A DNA stretch of 64,000 nt from an uncultured bacterium (GTDB taxonomy: Bacteria > Krumholzibacteriota > Krumholzibacteriia > WVZY01 > JAKEHA01), in assembly GCA_964588695.1 (NCBI GenBank), contig CAZPQK010000004.1, positions 85,129 to 149,128 on the forward strand, written 5' to 3'. The translations under genes were made by a program, and so were the position numbers. Below the pieces are notes generated by a model. That model searched no databases. It was not told where the DNA came from and was given only the letters and a program-made list of their open reading frames with translations. This document shows positions 27,354-37,490 of this stretch, piece after piece. Numbering within the stretch: the stretch's first letter is position 1; the number at the start of each line of letters is the position of its first letter.

Positions 27354-28031
27354 CTAGTCGTCTTCGAATCGAAATCCGATAAAATCGAATGGGTTGTCGA
27401 CACTGGAAATAATATTTAACAAATGCGCGCACACCCGCTTTAAGTATCGAACGTATACTGCGGTTGCAGCAGCGTCGCTGGCGGTCATGCCGTGATCGCT
27501 GCTGGTGACGACGCTTTCGAGAATCTCATCGCACTTCTTTAGCACCCACCAGTGTTCCTCGCGAAGCGCCTGTGCTCTGGCTTCATCTTCGGTCTCCATT
27601 ACCGGTTCGGTCTCGGCAAACAGTGCTTTGATGGACCGCTCAATGCTGCCGATGTCGGTCTCCCATTTTCCGCACTTCAAGTTGTTGTCCATGAGCTTCG
27701 CAAGGTCCATGATGTTCTTGCAGTAGTCTCCCACGCGCTCAAAGTCGATGACAATCGAGGTCAGAATAAGGCCGGGAACCATGTTGTGCGCCCCGGTAAT
27801 GGCCAGGTGTTTGACGATGCGGCGGCGAACCTCTCGCTCGAATTCGTTGACCTTCTTGTCCATCGCAAAAACATCTACGCTGCTGTCGACCATGTCTCGA
27901 TACCGCAAATGCGCAACCGAAGAGTCAAACATGACCGTCGTATGCGACAGCATTTCCCTCGACGCGGCCAGAGCTTGATTGAGAGCACTGTCCTGACGAA
28001 AAATCTCGATTAGTTCTTTGAACGAAATCAT
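27354..28031 (-). CDS. PhoU-domain protein (Na/Pi cotransporter-associated regulator-like)
   Basis: Two PhoU-like helical repeats. Lies 2 nt downstream of the Na/Pi cotransporter gene, the arrangement seen when the NptA C-terminal PhoU domains are split off. Confidence 0.6.
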   Translation of the reverse strand: MISFKELIEIFRQDSALNQALAASREMLSHTTVMFDSSVAHLRYRDMVDSSVDVFAMDKKVNEFEREVRRRIVKHLAITGAHNMVPGLILTSIVIDFERVGDYCKNIMDLAKLMDNNLKCGKWETDIGSIERSIKALFAETEPVMETEDEARAQALREEHWWVLKKCDEILESVVTSSDHGMTASDAAATAVYVRYLKRVCAHLLNIISSVDNPFDFIGFRFEDD

Positions 28032-28033
28032 GT

Positions 28034-29068
28034 CTACAACCTACTGAGCGTGATCAACAACAACGGCAACCCAAAAAATAGAACCAGAATGTAAATTAGC
28101 GGCACGGCCCGCGACCGAATTGAGAGCGCGGCAAGTCGTTCGGCCAGAAACACAGGAACGCCTCTCATTGGCCATATTATTATAGCGCCAAACACATTGA
28201 ATAGAACATGGGCAAACGCGACGATCATCGCCGACGGTTCGCCGGTAACCATCGCCGCCATCACGCCGGTTATAGTTGTTCCCAGGTTGGCGCCGATCGT
28301 CAGTGGAAAAATCTGCTTGAGGGTCAGTACCCCTGCCCCGGCCAGTGGCACCGCCATCGACGTCGTTATGGAACTACTTTGCACCAGTATCGTCAGCACC
28401 AGTCCAAGCATCATCGAACGCGCCGCGCTCTTGAACAGGCGTTCGGTGAAGAATTCTTCGACCTTACCGATCACCAATGCGTTCAGGTTGACCACAATGA
28501 ACCGAAGCGAAATGAACAACAAGACCAGGGCGATGACCAGCATGATCCAGCCGGAGTCCCCGGTAACGTGTTGGATCTTGCCGACCGCTGGCTTGACTAT
28601 GAGTTTCAACGGACTGGCGTACTTAAAACCTCCGACACCTTGAAACGCGTGAGCTAACCACGTCGCGGCTCGTCCCAGTATGTTCGCGGATAGCTGCAGC
28701 GGCAGAATGGCAACGACGGCGATGATGTTAAAGAAGTCGTGCACCGTTGCCGCGGCCATCGCTTTGCGGAACTCCGACGGACGCGACACGTGCCCCAACG
28801 ACACGATTGTGTTGGTGACACTCGTTCCTATGTTGGCACCGATCACAATCGGTATCGCGTTGGTAATGTTCAGCGCCCCCCCGCCCACCATGCCGACCAC
28901 AATGGATGTGGTGGTAGACGAGCTCTGCACCAGCGACGTGGCTAACACACCGATGAACAGACCAACAAACGGGTTGGATGTTGTAGCAATGAGACTTTGC
29001 GCGAAATCTTTACCGAAGAATTTGAACGATGCCCCTATCAGCGAGATGCTGACAAAGAACAGATACAT
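28034..29068 (-). CDS. Na+/phosphate cotransporter family protein (NptA-like membrane domain)
   Basis: Duplicated Na/Pi-cotransporter repeats (SSSTTTSIVVGM...GANIGTSVTN and SSSITTSMAVPL...GANLGTTITG). Confidence 0.8.
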   Translation of the reverse strand: MYLFFVSISLIGASFKFFGKDFAQSLIATTSNPFVGLFIGVLATSLVQSSSTTTSIVVGMVGGGALNITNAIPIVIGANIGTSVTNTIVSLGHVSRPSEFRKAMAAATVHDFFNIIAVVAILPLQLSANILGRAATWLAHAFQGVGGFKYASPLKLIVKPAVGKIQHVTGDSGWIMLVIALVLLFISLRFIVVNLNALVIGKVEEFFTERLFKSAARSMMLGLVLTILVQSSSITTSMAVPLAGAGVLTLKQIFPLTIGANLGTTITGVMAAMVTGEPSAMIVAFAHVLFNVFGAIIIWPMRGVPVFLAERLAALSIRSRAVPLIYILVLFFGLPLLLITLSRL

Positions 29069-29340
29069 TAGTCCTAGCAGAATGGCGAACCGCAGAATTG
29101 GATGAACGCGTCGAGTCTGAATGGCGGTTCCTCCGAGGGATGGGGAGCGACGCGCTAGCGTAGCGAATTGGCGACCCGTTTGTCAAACTTCTAACACTAT
29201 ATTTAACAGCAATATACACAGCCAGTGTTCGGTATCTCGACCCAACTTCAGAATCATACATGGTATAATTTCGGCCACGAGGCGGGCACCGAGCGAACCT
29301 CTCGCGTTTGGACGAGAGCACACATTTTTAGGGGGCAAAA

Positions 29341-30339
29341 ATGCGTACCTGGCTAGTCGCGCTAGCGACGCTTGTGGCCATCGGCCCGGCGACGGCTTCG
29401 GCCGATGTCGTGGTGCTGCAAGCGACGCAAGACAACACGCTTTATCAAACTCCGGCGGTTTCTGACCTTAGCAACGGCGCCGGCCAAAGCATCTTCTCCG
29501 GCCGTACCGGCCAACTCCAGGGTGCGATTCGTCGCGCGCTGGTACAGTTCGATATCGCGGGTAACTTGCCCGCGGGCGCAACGGTAAATAGCGTTACCCT
29601 TACGCTGAATCTAACCAAGACTGCGTTTACCCACGGCACCCAAACCGTAAACGTTCATCGGGTCACCACCGAATGGGGCGAGGGCAACTCTGTGGCGGTT
29701 AACCCGGGCACCGGACAGGAAGGCGGCGGCACGACACCAATTGCCCCCGACGCTACCTGGAATTTTGCCAAATTCAATACCGATAGTTGGACAACAGGCG
29801 GCGGCGACTTTGTTGGTGCGGTTAGCGCTAGTCAAACAGTTAGTTCGTTGGGCGCCTACACCTGGAGCGGAACCGGCATGGTGGCCGACGTGCAGGACAT
29901 GCTCGACAACGGAGGCAACTTCGGTTGGATCGTGCGCGGAAACGAAGTAGATGCCCGTAGTGCAGAGCAATGGGCATCTCGACAAAACGGTACTATGGGC
30001 ATGCGCCCGTCGCTGACGATCGACTTTACTCCGCCGGCGACCGCGGTGGTCAGTGCCCGTCAACCTTTCGTGCTGGCCCAGGCGGTTCCTAACCCGTTTA
30101 ACCCAACGACTACCATTGCCTTTGACCTGACGATCGCTGGCAACGTCGATGTTCGAATCTACGACACCCGCGGCGCACTTGTCCGCCAACTCGCCAGCGG
30201 TGCATTCCCCGCAGGACAAAGCCAGATTGTGTGGAACGGCACCAACGACGCGGGACGCGCGTTGGGATCTGGAGTCTACTTTGTTCGCGCGGTTTCGCTG
30301 GGAGTGGAACATACGCAGAAGATTGTGTTGATCAAGTAG
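29341..30339 (+). CDS. secreted protein with a DNRLRE-like N-domain and a TIGR04183-type C-terminal sorting domain
   Basis: Signal peptide. ATQDNTLYQ...TEWGEGNS...GWIVRGNEVD. C-terminal VPNPFNPTTTIAFDL...GVYFVRAV...LIK. Paralogous to the N-domain of 36339..37352. Confidence 0.55.
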   Translation: MRTWLVALATLVAIGPATASADVVVLQATQDNTLYQTPAVSDLSNGAGQSIFSGRTGQLQGAIRRALVQFDIAGNLPAGATVNSVTLTLNLTKTAFTHGTQTVNVHRVTTEWGEGNSVAVNPGTGQEGGGTTPIAPDATWNFAKFNTDSWTTGGGDFVGAVSASQTVSSLGAYTWSGTGMVADVQDMLDNGGNFGWIVRGNEVDARSAEQWASRQNGTMGMRPSLTIDFTPPATAVVSARQPFVLAQAVPNPFNPTTTIAFDLTIAGNVDVRIYDTRGALVRQLASGAFPAGQSQIVWNGTNDAGRALGSGVYFVRAVSLGVEHTQKIVLIK

Positions 30340-30354
30340 TCCACGCCAGCATCG

Positions 30355-30400
30355 CAAAAAGAAAACGCCGCGTTGATTGAGGTCAGCGCGGCGTTTTTGT
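30355..30400. terminator. bidirectional rho-independent terminator
   Basis: aacgccgcg/cgcggcgtt stem with a 14-nt loop, flanked by an A-run upstream and TTTTTG downstream. Lies between convergent genes. Confidence 0.6.
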
Positions 30401-30414
30401 TGATTGTACCCCGA

Positions 30415-30912
30415 CTACTTATCGTACTCGTAACCACCGCACGACTGGTCGGGATGAATGGCCACAAATGCAGCAACCAGCAATACGGTTTCCAGGCCTT
30501 CGCCTTCCATTCGCGGGCGTTGGACAAGCTTGCCTTCAATCGTCGCCAACACCTCGGCGCCAGCGCTTCTTCGAGCCGCAAGGTAAGCGCGCTCGAGAGT
30601 CGCGTGGTCGCCTTCAAAGGTCACCGGGTAGACATAGCCCGACTCGCAATCGCGAAACAATGCGGCATCAGCGTAGTACGAATAAAGCCCTTGCATGGTC
30701 TGCGCGGACCGCGACGCGTCAGCGACACTAACCTCGCTCTCGCCGTTGCTGGCGAGCGCATCGCCGCCGCCGATGTCAGCGGTTGTCGTTTGCGGGATCG
30801 GGTGAGCATAGGCAGTTTCGTCTGGTGCCGACCGCCAGTCCCGAGCGGCAACGACCACTACCAGAATTGCCGCCGCCAACGCTCCAACTCCAATGAGTAA
30901 CTTCCGATTCAT
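30415..30912 (-). CDS. hypothetical membrane-anchored protein
   Basis: N-terminal TM anchor MNRKLLIGVGALAAAILVVVVA. No confident family assignment. Confidence 0.4.
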   Translation of the reverse strand: MNRKLLIGVGALAAAILVVVVAARDWRSAPDETAYAHPIPQTTTADIGGGDALASNGESEVSVADASRSAQTMQGLYSYYADAALFRDCESGYVYPVTFEGDHATLERAYLAARRSAGAEVLATIEGKLVQRPRMEGEGLETVLLVAAFVAIHPDQSCGGYEYDK

Positions 30913-30928
30913 TGTTCCCCCTTATGGG

Positions 30929-31624
30929 TTAAGTGAGTCCGTCAAACAGGTCGGCGGTTGGTGGTGAGAAGTCTTCCATAAAAAACTCAAAAGCCGCTGG
31001 CGACTGGACCTTATCTTTGATTCCGGTCGCATCCAACACGGCTTGAAAAGACACGTAACAATCCAGCGCGCGTCGCGCGGTCGCAATATCTTCTGGTGAT
31101 ACTTCATAAAGGCAATCAATTAGTTCGTCGGGTGAAGCTTGAATGTTGTAGGGCGATTCACCCACTTGAGTTTCGGTCAGTACTTGAAACGCCAGGCGCC
31201 GCGGCCCCGTTCCTTCGTCGCGGAGCTCGCAGAAAACTCGCTTCGCCACTGCATGCATCACCAGGTGGTCATGAAAACCGCTAATGCCATAACACGCGTA
31301 GGTTACAACCACGTCGGGTTTGACTCGCAACAGTTGCGCTTTGACGACCGACTCAATCTCTCGCGGATCCATCTCCTTGAGCCCGCTATCGGGCAGGTCC
31401 AAAACCACCATCTCGGTCAGGTCTAGAACTTTCTCGACATTCAGCATTTCTTTGAACCTGACGTCGCCCATTTCTGCTATCGAATAGCCGAACTTGTGCC
31501 TTTGGCGTGTCGCCCCACCCTTGGTAAGCGTCAGCAGATAGACTTCATGACCTTCACGCCGCAGACGAGAGATTGTATGAGCTGCGCCAAACGACTCGTC
31601 GTCGGGATGCGGATAAATAAACAT
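30929..31624 (-). CDS. PIG-L/LmbE-family N-acetylglucosaminyl deacetylase
   Basis: MFIYPHPDDESFG matches the PIG-L zinc-binding motif. The ATG at 31622-31624 lies 8 nt after the upstream stop. The longer ORF-track N-terminus overlaps the neighbouring gene. Confidence 0.7.
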   Translation of the reverse strand: MFIYPHPDDESFGAAHTISRLRREGHEVYLLTLTKGGATRQRHKFGYSIAEMGDVRFKEMLNVEKVLDLTEMVVLDLPDSGLKEMDPREIESVVKAQLLRVKPDVVVTYACYGISGFHDHLVMHAVAKRVFCELRDEGTGPRRLAFQVLTETQVGESPYNIQASPDELIDCLYEVSPEDIATARRALDCYVSFQAVLDATGIKDKVQSPAAFEFFMEDFSPPTADLFDGLT

Positions 31625-31632
31625 AACCCGCA

Positions 31633-32613
31633 CTAGTGATGCCCCCAGTTTTTCTCGCCGGCAGTTACCGGAAATGGAAGTACATTGTCCGGCGACGGCA
31701 GCGGACACGTAGCGTATGGCGTAAACACGCACGGTGGGTTGTACGCTTTGTTAAAGTCCACGACAACTTTGCCGTTCTCGGGGATGCCCGTGTAAACGAA
31801 CCGGCCGCCACCGTAGGTGTCGCGACCACTGGTCTCGTCCGCAAATACCAGAAATAACTCGTCGTCCCACATGCCAAGCGGTTCTAACCGATGCGTGCTG
31901 CCTTGCCACTCAAATACGATGGCGCCGTGGCATTCTTCTTCGTTGTTGTGTCCCAGCACGTCGGGAACAATTACTTTCTTGGGTGGAATGTAGCGTTCGT
32001 AGTCGGCAACGATTCGCCAATCGGATTGCACCGGATAACGATCGATTCCGGTGAAGCGCTTGCGCACTTCGGATTCGCGGTCTTTGACCCGAAGCAATAC
32101 TTTGTCGCCGCGTTGAATAACGTAGAAATTAAACCGACCGACATCGACTTGCGTTGGTCCATCGTCGGCGGCATCGCTCAGCAGCACGGCGTTGGTAACC
32201 GATGCGTCGTCGATGGTGGCTTCGCCGGAAAGCATCACCAACGTGAAGGTATCACCCTTGCGAGTAATAACCCCCGCGCGTTCCGGTCCAGACGGAAACT
32301 GCATGGTGTTGTTTTCGGAACTACCAAATGTGTTGTCGCCCTCGTCCAACGGATGCAACCCAACCAGCGAAAGCCAGCCAGTCTCGCGGCGAAGCCGATC
32401 TTCCCGCCCCTGGTGCCATTCGTCGATACCAGCGGTGTAGTCGCCATCGGTCCCGGCATCGCGCGTCTGACCGGCGACGACATTCAACTCCGTCTCGTTG
32501 CCGGGGGCCGCGTCGGCACGAGCGAACATGGTTTTGCTTAAGTAGACCGAGAAGACGGTCAGCGCCAGAAAAGCGAGGGCCGCTAAAGCGCCGCTTCGGG
32601 TGGACGATGTCAT
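31633..32613 (-). CDS. DUF1684-domain protein with N-terminal signal/TM
   Basis: C-terminal GGGRFVY...AYNPPCVFTPYATCPLPSPDNVLPFPVTAGEK is the conserved DUF1684 signature. Confidence 0.65.
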   Translation of the reverse strand: MTSSTRSGALAALAFLALTVFSVYLSKTMFARADAAPGNETELNVVAGQTRDAGTDGDYTAGIDEWHQGREDRLRRETGWLSLVGLHPLDEGDNTFGSSENNTMQFPSGPERAGVITRKGDTFTLVMLSGEATIDDASVTNAVLLSDAADDGPTQVDVGRFNFYVIQRGDKVLLRVKDRESEVRKRFTGIDRYPVQSDWRIVADYERYIPPKKVIVPDVLGHNNEEECHGAIVFEWQGSTHRLEPLGMWDDELFLVFADETSGRDTYGGGRFVYTGIPENGKVVVDFNKAYNPPCVFTPYATCPLPSPDNVLPFPVTAGEKNWGHH

Positions 32614-32644
32614 GTTTTATCTCCGAGTTAACAGGTGGGTTACC

Positions 32645-33694
32645 TTAAAGGTTGTAAAATGATTCCAAATAGTCAACTACCTCGTTGCGATCGTACTGTT
32701 TTGCCCAGTCAAGAGGAGTCGCTTGATAAAGTTCATCTTCAAATTCCAACGCGGCACCAGCTTCGGCCAGTGCGCGCACAACTTCGACATGCCCATAGCT
32801 GCACGCGGGATGCATGGGCGTGACCTTTGTTGCCCAATACGAAATCATCAGATTGGGGTCGGCGCCAGCCGCGAGTAAACTGCGTGCCGGTTCCAGCCAT
32901 CCGCGCTCCGCGCAGCAATGAAGCAGGCGATGATACGCCCCGCCCGGTTCCAGCTCGTGATCGGACAGCACAACCTTCCCGGTAGTAAACAATCGAGCGC
33001 TGGCATCAACCTCGGCGCCAAAGCCTGCCAACAGCTTTTCCATACCCGGAATCAGTTCCGCGCGAGCCGTTGCCAGTGGACTCAGCCCTAGCCAGTTTAT
33101 ACGGTTTATGTTCGCTCCGGCTTCCACCAACACTTGTACACCTTCTTCGAAGCCAATCGCGATGGCGTCGTGTAGCGGAAGCTGAAAGTGATTGAACTTT
33201 CCTTGCGTCTCCTCGGCAACCTCCGGACGCCGCGACAATAAATCGCGCAACGCATCGGCGCGCCTAAACCGAAGCGCCGCCAGCACGGTCCACTCGGCGC
33301 CCGCATCCAATAGCACCTGCGCCACTTCTTCATGGGGCCCATCCATAGACGCCCACCCCAGAGGCCCCCAGCCATGAACGTCGGCACGGTCGTTAACGTC
33401 GGCGCCTTTTGCGATGAGCAACCTGGCCACGTCCGCGTGCCCCAGACCCGCCGCCAGATGCAGCGGCGTCACGTTGTCGGCTTGCACAGCATGGTTGCGG
33501 GCGTCAATTCTGGCACCCGCGGAAATCAAGAGCGCGGCAATGTCGACGTGACCGCACATGGCTGCGACGTGGAGAGGAGTGCTTCCATCCCATTCGGTCG
33601 TTAACGACACCCACTTTGGGTTCTTGCGCAGCCCGTCGTCAACTTCGGCCAGGTTACCGTCATCGACGGCCTCAAAAAAAGTTTGTGGATCCAT
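32645..33694 (-). CDS. ankyrin-repeat protein
   Basis: At least eight consecutive ankyrin repeats (TPLHVAAMCGHVDIAALLISAGARIDARN, TPLHLAAGLGHADVARLLIAKGADVN...). Start taken at MDPQTFFEAV. Confidence 0.75.
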   Translation of the reverse strand: MDPQTFFEAVDDGNLAEVDDGLRKNPKWVSLTTEWDGSTPLHVAAMCGHVDIAALLISAGARIDARNHAVQADNVTPLHLAAGLGHADVARLLIAKGADVNDRADVHGWGPLGWASMDGPHEEVAQVLLDAGAEWTVLAALRFRRADALRDLLSRRPEVAEETQGKFNHFQLPLHDAIAIGFEEGVQVLVEAGANINRINWLGLSPLATARAELIPGMEKLLAGFGAEVDASARLFTTGKVVLSDHELEPGGAYHRLLHCCAERGWLEPARSLLAAGADPNLMISYWATKVTPMHPACSYGHVEVVRALAEAGAALEFEDELYQATPLDWAKQYDRNEVVDYLESFYNL

Positions 33695-33732
33695 GAGCCA
33701 AGTATAGCGGGTTCCAGACCGAACGATAAGAA

Positions 33733-35745
33733 CTAGCGCAGTGACCCGACCCGCACCTGCACGGCGAGTTTGAGGTCGAAGCTCGCGCCCATGGGGTGGT
33801 AGCGAACGGTTTCGTTGAGCAAGTTGTAGGCGAGAATATCGGTGGCGATACGGTTGCTCCACCACGTTAGCGACGCGGTGCCGTTAACGGTCGTGCTGGC
33901 AGGCACGGTGGAGTCATAACGGACCGGAAAACCGTCGACGAAACAGATTTCTCCATCGATCGGGTCATACTCGGGCCAGTGAGTCGCGCGCTGCCACTGG
34001 GCGTTGACCGACAGCGTTGCACGCCGGCTGGGACGGTAGGTTGTTTCCAGTCGCAAGCGTTTGCGGGGAAGCGGAGCCCACTGGCGATCGAAGGCGGCGT
34101 TGCCGTCGACAAGTTGCAGTGCGCTGAACCAACCGGAAAGCGTAATGAAGCTACCGATGTTACGCCGGAGGCTCACCGTTTGCACAAACGTGTTGCCTTG
34201 CGAATCGAGCGTCGTGACGCTGTCGACTGTTGCGATGCACACTTCGCGACCCTGGATAAACTCACCGGTGTATCCAAGATGCCGACTGTAGCAAGTTCCG
34301 TCGTGATTACGCCACGCGACTGCAAGCGTTGTATTGAACCCCAACCGCTCCGGCAACCGCCACTGTGCATTAAGGGCCGTGGTAGTCGACGGCGAAACAA
34401 GCCTGTTGGTCTCGTCCAACGCCGGGTTTCCCAAGATCGCCACCGAGCGGTTCACCCAGTACCAGATTCCTTGGGTTTCTGAGCTTGGGGTTTGCCGGTA
34501 CGACGCTCCAACTTCCAATCGATGTTCGCCGAGGCGCATGACAGCCACACCCCCGATGTCGCTCCCCGGTGAGTCGTCTAGCGTGCGACTGCGGCCATAC
34601 GCGGCGACGTAACCCCAGGACAGGTTAAACCGGGAACTAACCGCTAGTGATCGCTCGTAAAACTCGCGTTGCTCATCGGCATTTGCCAAGATGAACTGTT
34701 CGTCGGCTTCATAGTAATATGGAAAATTGGCGACGCCTCGCCCTTCTACTTCAAGCCGCAACCTCCCGATCTCGGTAGCAACGGCCAGTTCCGCAACGCC
34801 ACTAAGCTTTCGCCATTTCAGACCCGCGCCGTTCGACTCCTCCGCGTCTTCCACGTAGGTCCGGGAGACCTCGGTTCGGCCGCGAATATCGAGGTGCGAA
34901 TCGTGCGGCTTACGAAAATCCATTCCAAACCGAAGCTTCGAAGGATCCACGGCCCGCTCGACACCCGACGTTTCGATTGGAAGGTAAAGTTTGCGAGACT
35001 TTCCGTACCAGGCGTACAGCCCAAACACGCCTTCGGGAGAGTGATACCGACGATCGACAAACCAACCGATTTGTCGCATGCCCGGCCACTCGGGTTCGTA
35101 GCCGATGTCAAACAACCCGGTGTCATTGGGTTCGGCACTCAGTTGCATCCGCGTACGGTTTAATTGTGCGCCGTCGGTAAAGTAGTGGATCGCGTACTTA
35201 AGCCCAATCGTCGTACGCCATCGGTGAGACTGATTCCGAAACAAATAGCCCACGTCTGGTCCTTGTGCATCGACGTTGGGCGATGTCAGGCTGGTGTAGC
35301 GGTAGGGCCCGGGGTCACCGGTTTCGTTTCCAACCCACAACCGAAGGGCGCTGCCAAGCTGCTCGCGCGACGAAGCATATGTGTAGATACGAATTGTGGG
35401 ACGTCCAAAGCGATCGGGGTCGGCATCCGCCACGCGAACCATTCGAACCATGGAGATGTCGATGGGCAAGGCGTTAAGGGCGGTGCGATCAAACCAGCGC
35501 GCATCGACAAGCGCGTCGTCGACAAACACATCCAGCACATCCCGCCCCCACGGCGATACGCCCCAGGCGCTGGCTTGCCAGTTGAAACCATCCACTGTGT
35601 TCGCCGCGAACTGCGGGAACACATTTAGAATGTCGCCAATCCGCGTTACTCCGGCCGCCCTGAGTTGCGGCGCGGTATAGCTGGTAGTTAGCGCGTCGGT
35701 TGAGCCGGGCATAACCAGCAACAACAACACCAACAGTCGCCTCAT
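33733..35745 (-). CDS. TonB-dependent-receptor-like outer-membrane beta-barrel protein
   Basis: Signal peptide MRRLLVLLLLVMPGSTDA followed by a plug-like region (TSYTAPQLRAAGVTRIGDILNVFPQF). Long beta-rich body ending in an aromatic-rich C-terminus. The ATG overlaps the upstream stop (ATGA). Confidence 0.55.
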   Translation of the reverse strand: MRRLLVLLLLVMPGSTDALTTSYTAPQLRAAGVTRIGDILNVFPQFAANTVDGFNWQASAWGVSPWGRDVLDVFVDDALVDARWFDRTALNALPIDISMVRMVRVADADPDRFGRPTIRIYTYASSREQLGSALRLWVGNETGDPGPYRYTSLTSPNVDAQGPDVGYLFRNQSHRWRTTIGLKYAIHYFTDGAQLNRTRMQLSAEPNDTGLFDIGYEPEWPGMRQIGWFVDRRYHSPEGVFGLYAWYGKSRKLYLPIETSGVERAVDPSKLRFGMDFRKPHDSHLDIRGRTEVSRTYVEDAEESNGAGLKWRKLSGVAELAVATEIGRLRLEVEGRGVANFPYYYEADEQFILANADEQREFYERSLAVSSRFNLSWGYVAAYGRSRTLDDSPGSDIGGVAVMRLGEHRLEVGASYRQTPSSETQGIWYWVNRSVAILGNPALDETNRLVSPSTTTALNAQWRLPERLGFNTTLAVAWRNHDGTCYSRHLGYTGEFIQGREVCIATVDSVTTLDSQGNTFVQTVSLRRNIGSFITLSGWFSALQLVDGNAAFDRQWAPLPRKRLRLETTYRPSRRATLSVNAQWQRATHWPEYDPIDGEICFVDGFPVRYDSTVPASTTVNGTASLTWWSNRIATDILAYNLLNETVRYHPMGASFDLKLAVQVRVGSLR

Positions 35746-36326
35746 CGCAACACCGCCCGAATCCAGTGCGGCGTGCTCATCGACCGCGACGCTCCAACGA
35801 ACACCAGCACCTGTTGCAACTCGGTGTGCGTGTGCACAGTGTTGATGGCGCTGGCGGCAAACAAGCTCCAACGGTCGGAGACTTTCATGGCCAGCGATAT
35901 GCCGAGTTCGTTGGTAACTTCGAGCTCCGCCGCCGTCGCCGCGCCTTGTCCGCCTCCTGAAAGCATTTCTGTCGCACCAACGGCAAAGCCAACTCTACCG
36001 GTGAATTGTTGGTTGAACTGTTTTTGTACGCCAATGGTGACAAAGGCGAAAATGCCGGTAAAGTCCAGACGGGGATCGTCACCCAGCCGCGGATCGCTCG
36101 CATCGTAGTCGGCTATGCGGAGGCCGCCACCAAAGAACGACCACTTTTGTGGAAATAAAACAAAAAGACCCACCGCTGGCGATGGGTCCCATTGATCGTA
36201 GAAACTATTTCCCGCGACGGTCGCGGCACCGTCAACAGCGATCTCCATTCGCTCCTGCTCGGCAAAGACCGGCCCAGCGACCGCAGCCACAAGAAGCAGG
36301 GGAAGAAGCGCCTTGCGAATGAACAC
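35742..36326 (-). CDS. small outer-membrane beta-barrel protein (OmpW/OmpA-barrel-like)
   Basis: Signal peptide MFIRKALLPLLLVAAVAGPVFA. Alternating hydrophobic beta-strand pattern ending with an aromatic residue. Confidence 0.5.
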   Translation of the reverse strand: MFIRKALLPLLLVAAVAGPVFAEQERMEIAVDGAATVAGNSFYDQWDPSPAVGLFVLFPQKWSFFGGGLRIADYDASDPRLGDDPRLDFTGIFAFVTIGVQKQFNQQFTGRVGFAVGATEMLSGGGQGAATAAELEVTNELGISLAMKVSDRWSLFAASAINTVHTHTELQQVLVFVGASRSMSTPHWIRAVLR

Positions 36327-36338
36327 TATGCTTAAGCT

Positions 36339-37352
36339 TTACGGTACCGTATACATGACCGTTAGTCGTGGCCGCGAATCAGTCGTCATACTTTCGCGCG
36401 AATCAAAACGAACCGCCGTTCGGTCCAGGTCTTCTCGGCCTTTAATCAGGACACCAAAGTTGCCAGCTGGCGTATCCAACCAGGACTGAACAAGCGCTTT
36501 AAGCGCATCTCCGGTAAACTTCACGTCGGTGAAACTCGCGCCAACAGTTACGCTGTCTAACGGAACCGCATCAAAATCACCGCCACTGTTGCTCCACATG
36601 GTCGTGTTGAAGAACGTGTGAATCCAGGTGGCGTCTCCGGTTAGCGACAGGTCGCCGCCTCCTTCTTCGCCAAAAGCATCCGATGCCCCTTCGCCCCAGT
36701 CCTGTTGCAACCGATGTAGCGTTAGCCATTTGGTCGACGTTGTGGACTGCTTGTTAACCCGAAGCTCCAGACACACGCTGTCGATGGTCGAGCCCGCAGT
36801 AATCGACGAAATGTCGAACGCTAGCACCGCACGCCGGCTTTCCGCCGGTTGCGAGTTGCCGCCGACATTTGCGGTCATTCCCGCAAACAGATGCTGTCCC
36901 GATCCATTACTGAACGCACCGTTGGTATCTTCGATTAGGGTATTGTCCTTCGACGGATTCAACGTTGCCGTCATCTTGTCGGTGGTCGCGTTGATATAAT
37001 TGGTTTTGGTTTCGACATTACTGCCGCATGAATCGGTTACCGTGAGCCTCACGGTGTACATGCCCGGCGTTGTGTAAACGTAGATCGGACTTTGCGCCGT
37101 CGACGAGCCGCCGTCGCCAAAATTCCACGACCACGACGTCGGGTTGCCGGTCGACTGGTCGGTAAAGGTAACGCTTAGCGGCACATGACCCGTGGTGGTC
37201 GAAGCCGTGAACTCGGCATCGACTTGCGGAGTGCAACCCGGCTGCATAGGATCACTGCCGTCATCGCCGCAACCGGTAATCGTCAGCGCGACTGCCGACA
37301 ATATTCCCAACACGCTTAACAGCAACTTGTTAGCAGAACGACGTGAACGCAT
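36339..37352 (-). CDS. lipoprotein with a PKD domain and a DNRLRE-like domain
   Basis: Lipobox LTITGC. PKD signature WSWNFGDGGSS...YTVRLTVTD. C-terminal domain paralogous to 29341..30339 (KDNTLIED...WGEGAS...GVLIKGREDLD). Confidence 0.6.
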   Translation of the reverse strand: MRSRRSANKLLLSVLGILSAVALTITGCGDDGSDPMQPGCTPQVDAEFTASTTTGHVPLSVTFTDQSTGNPTSWSWNFGDGGSSTAQSPIYVYTTPGMYTVRLTVTDSCGSNVETKTNYINATTDKMTATLNPSKDNTLIEDTNGAFSNGSGQHLFAGMTANVGGNSQPAESRRAVLAFDISSITAGSTIDSVCLELRVNKQSTTSTKWLTLHRLQQDWGEGASDAFGEEGGGDLSLTGDATWIHTFFNTTMWSNSGGDFDAVPLDSVTVGASFTDVKFTGDALKALVQSWLDTPAGNFGVLIKGREDLDRTAVRFDSRESMTTDSRPRLTVMYTVP

Positions 37353-37490
37353 AGAGCCTCCGATAGGGGTGGTTTCGCCTGGGAACCCGATCATACTAGG
37401 CAAGCCTGTCTCCGACAAGGCCTTTACCTGCGATGACGGTAACGCGATTAGGGTTGGCGTGAGATTCGGCTTCGGGTAGTTGTTAGAGAC

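Noticed and set aside
31891-32541. 216-aa + ORF
   Set aside because: Antisense to the DUF1684 gene, which carries the conserved DUF1684 signature.
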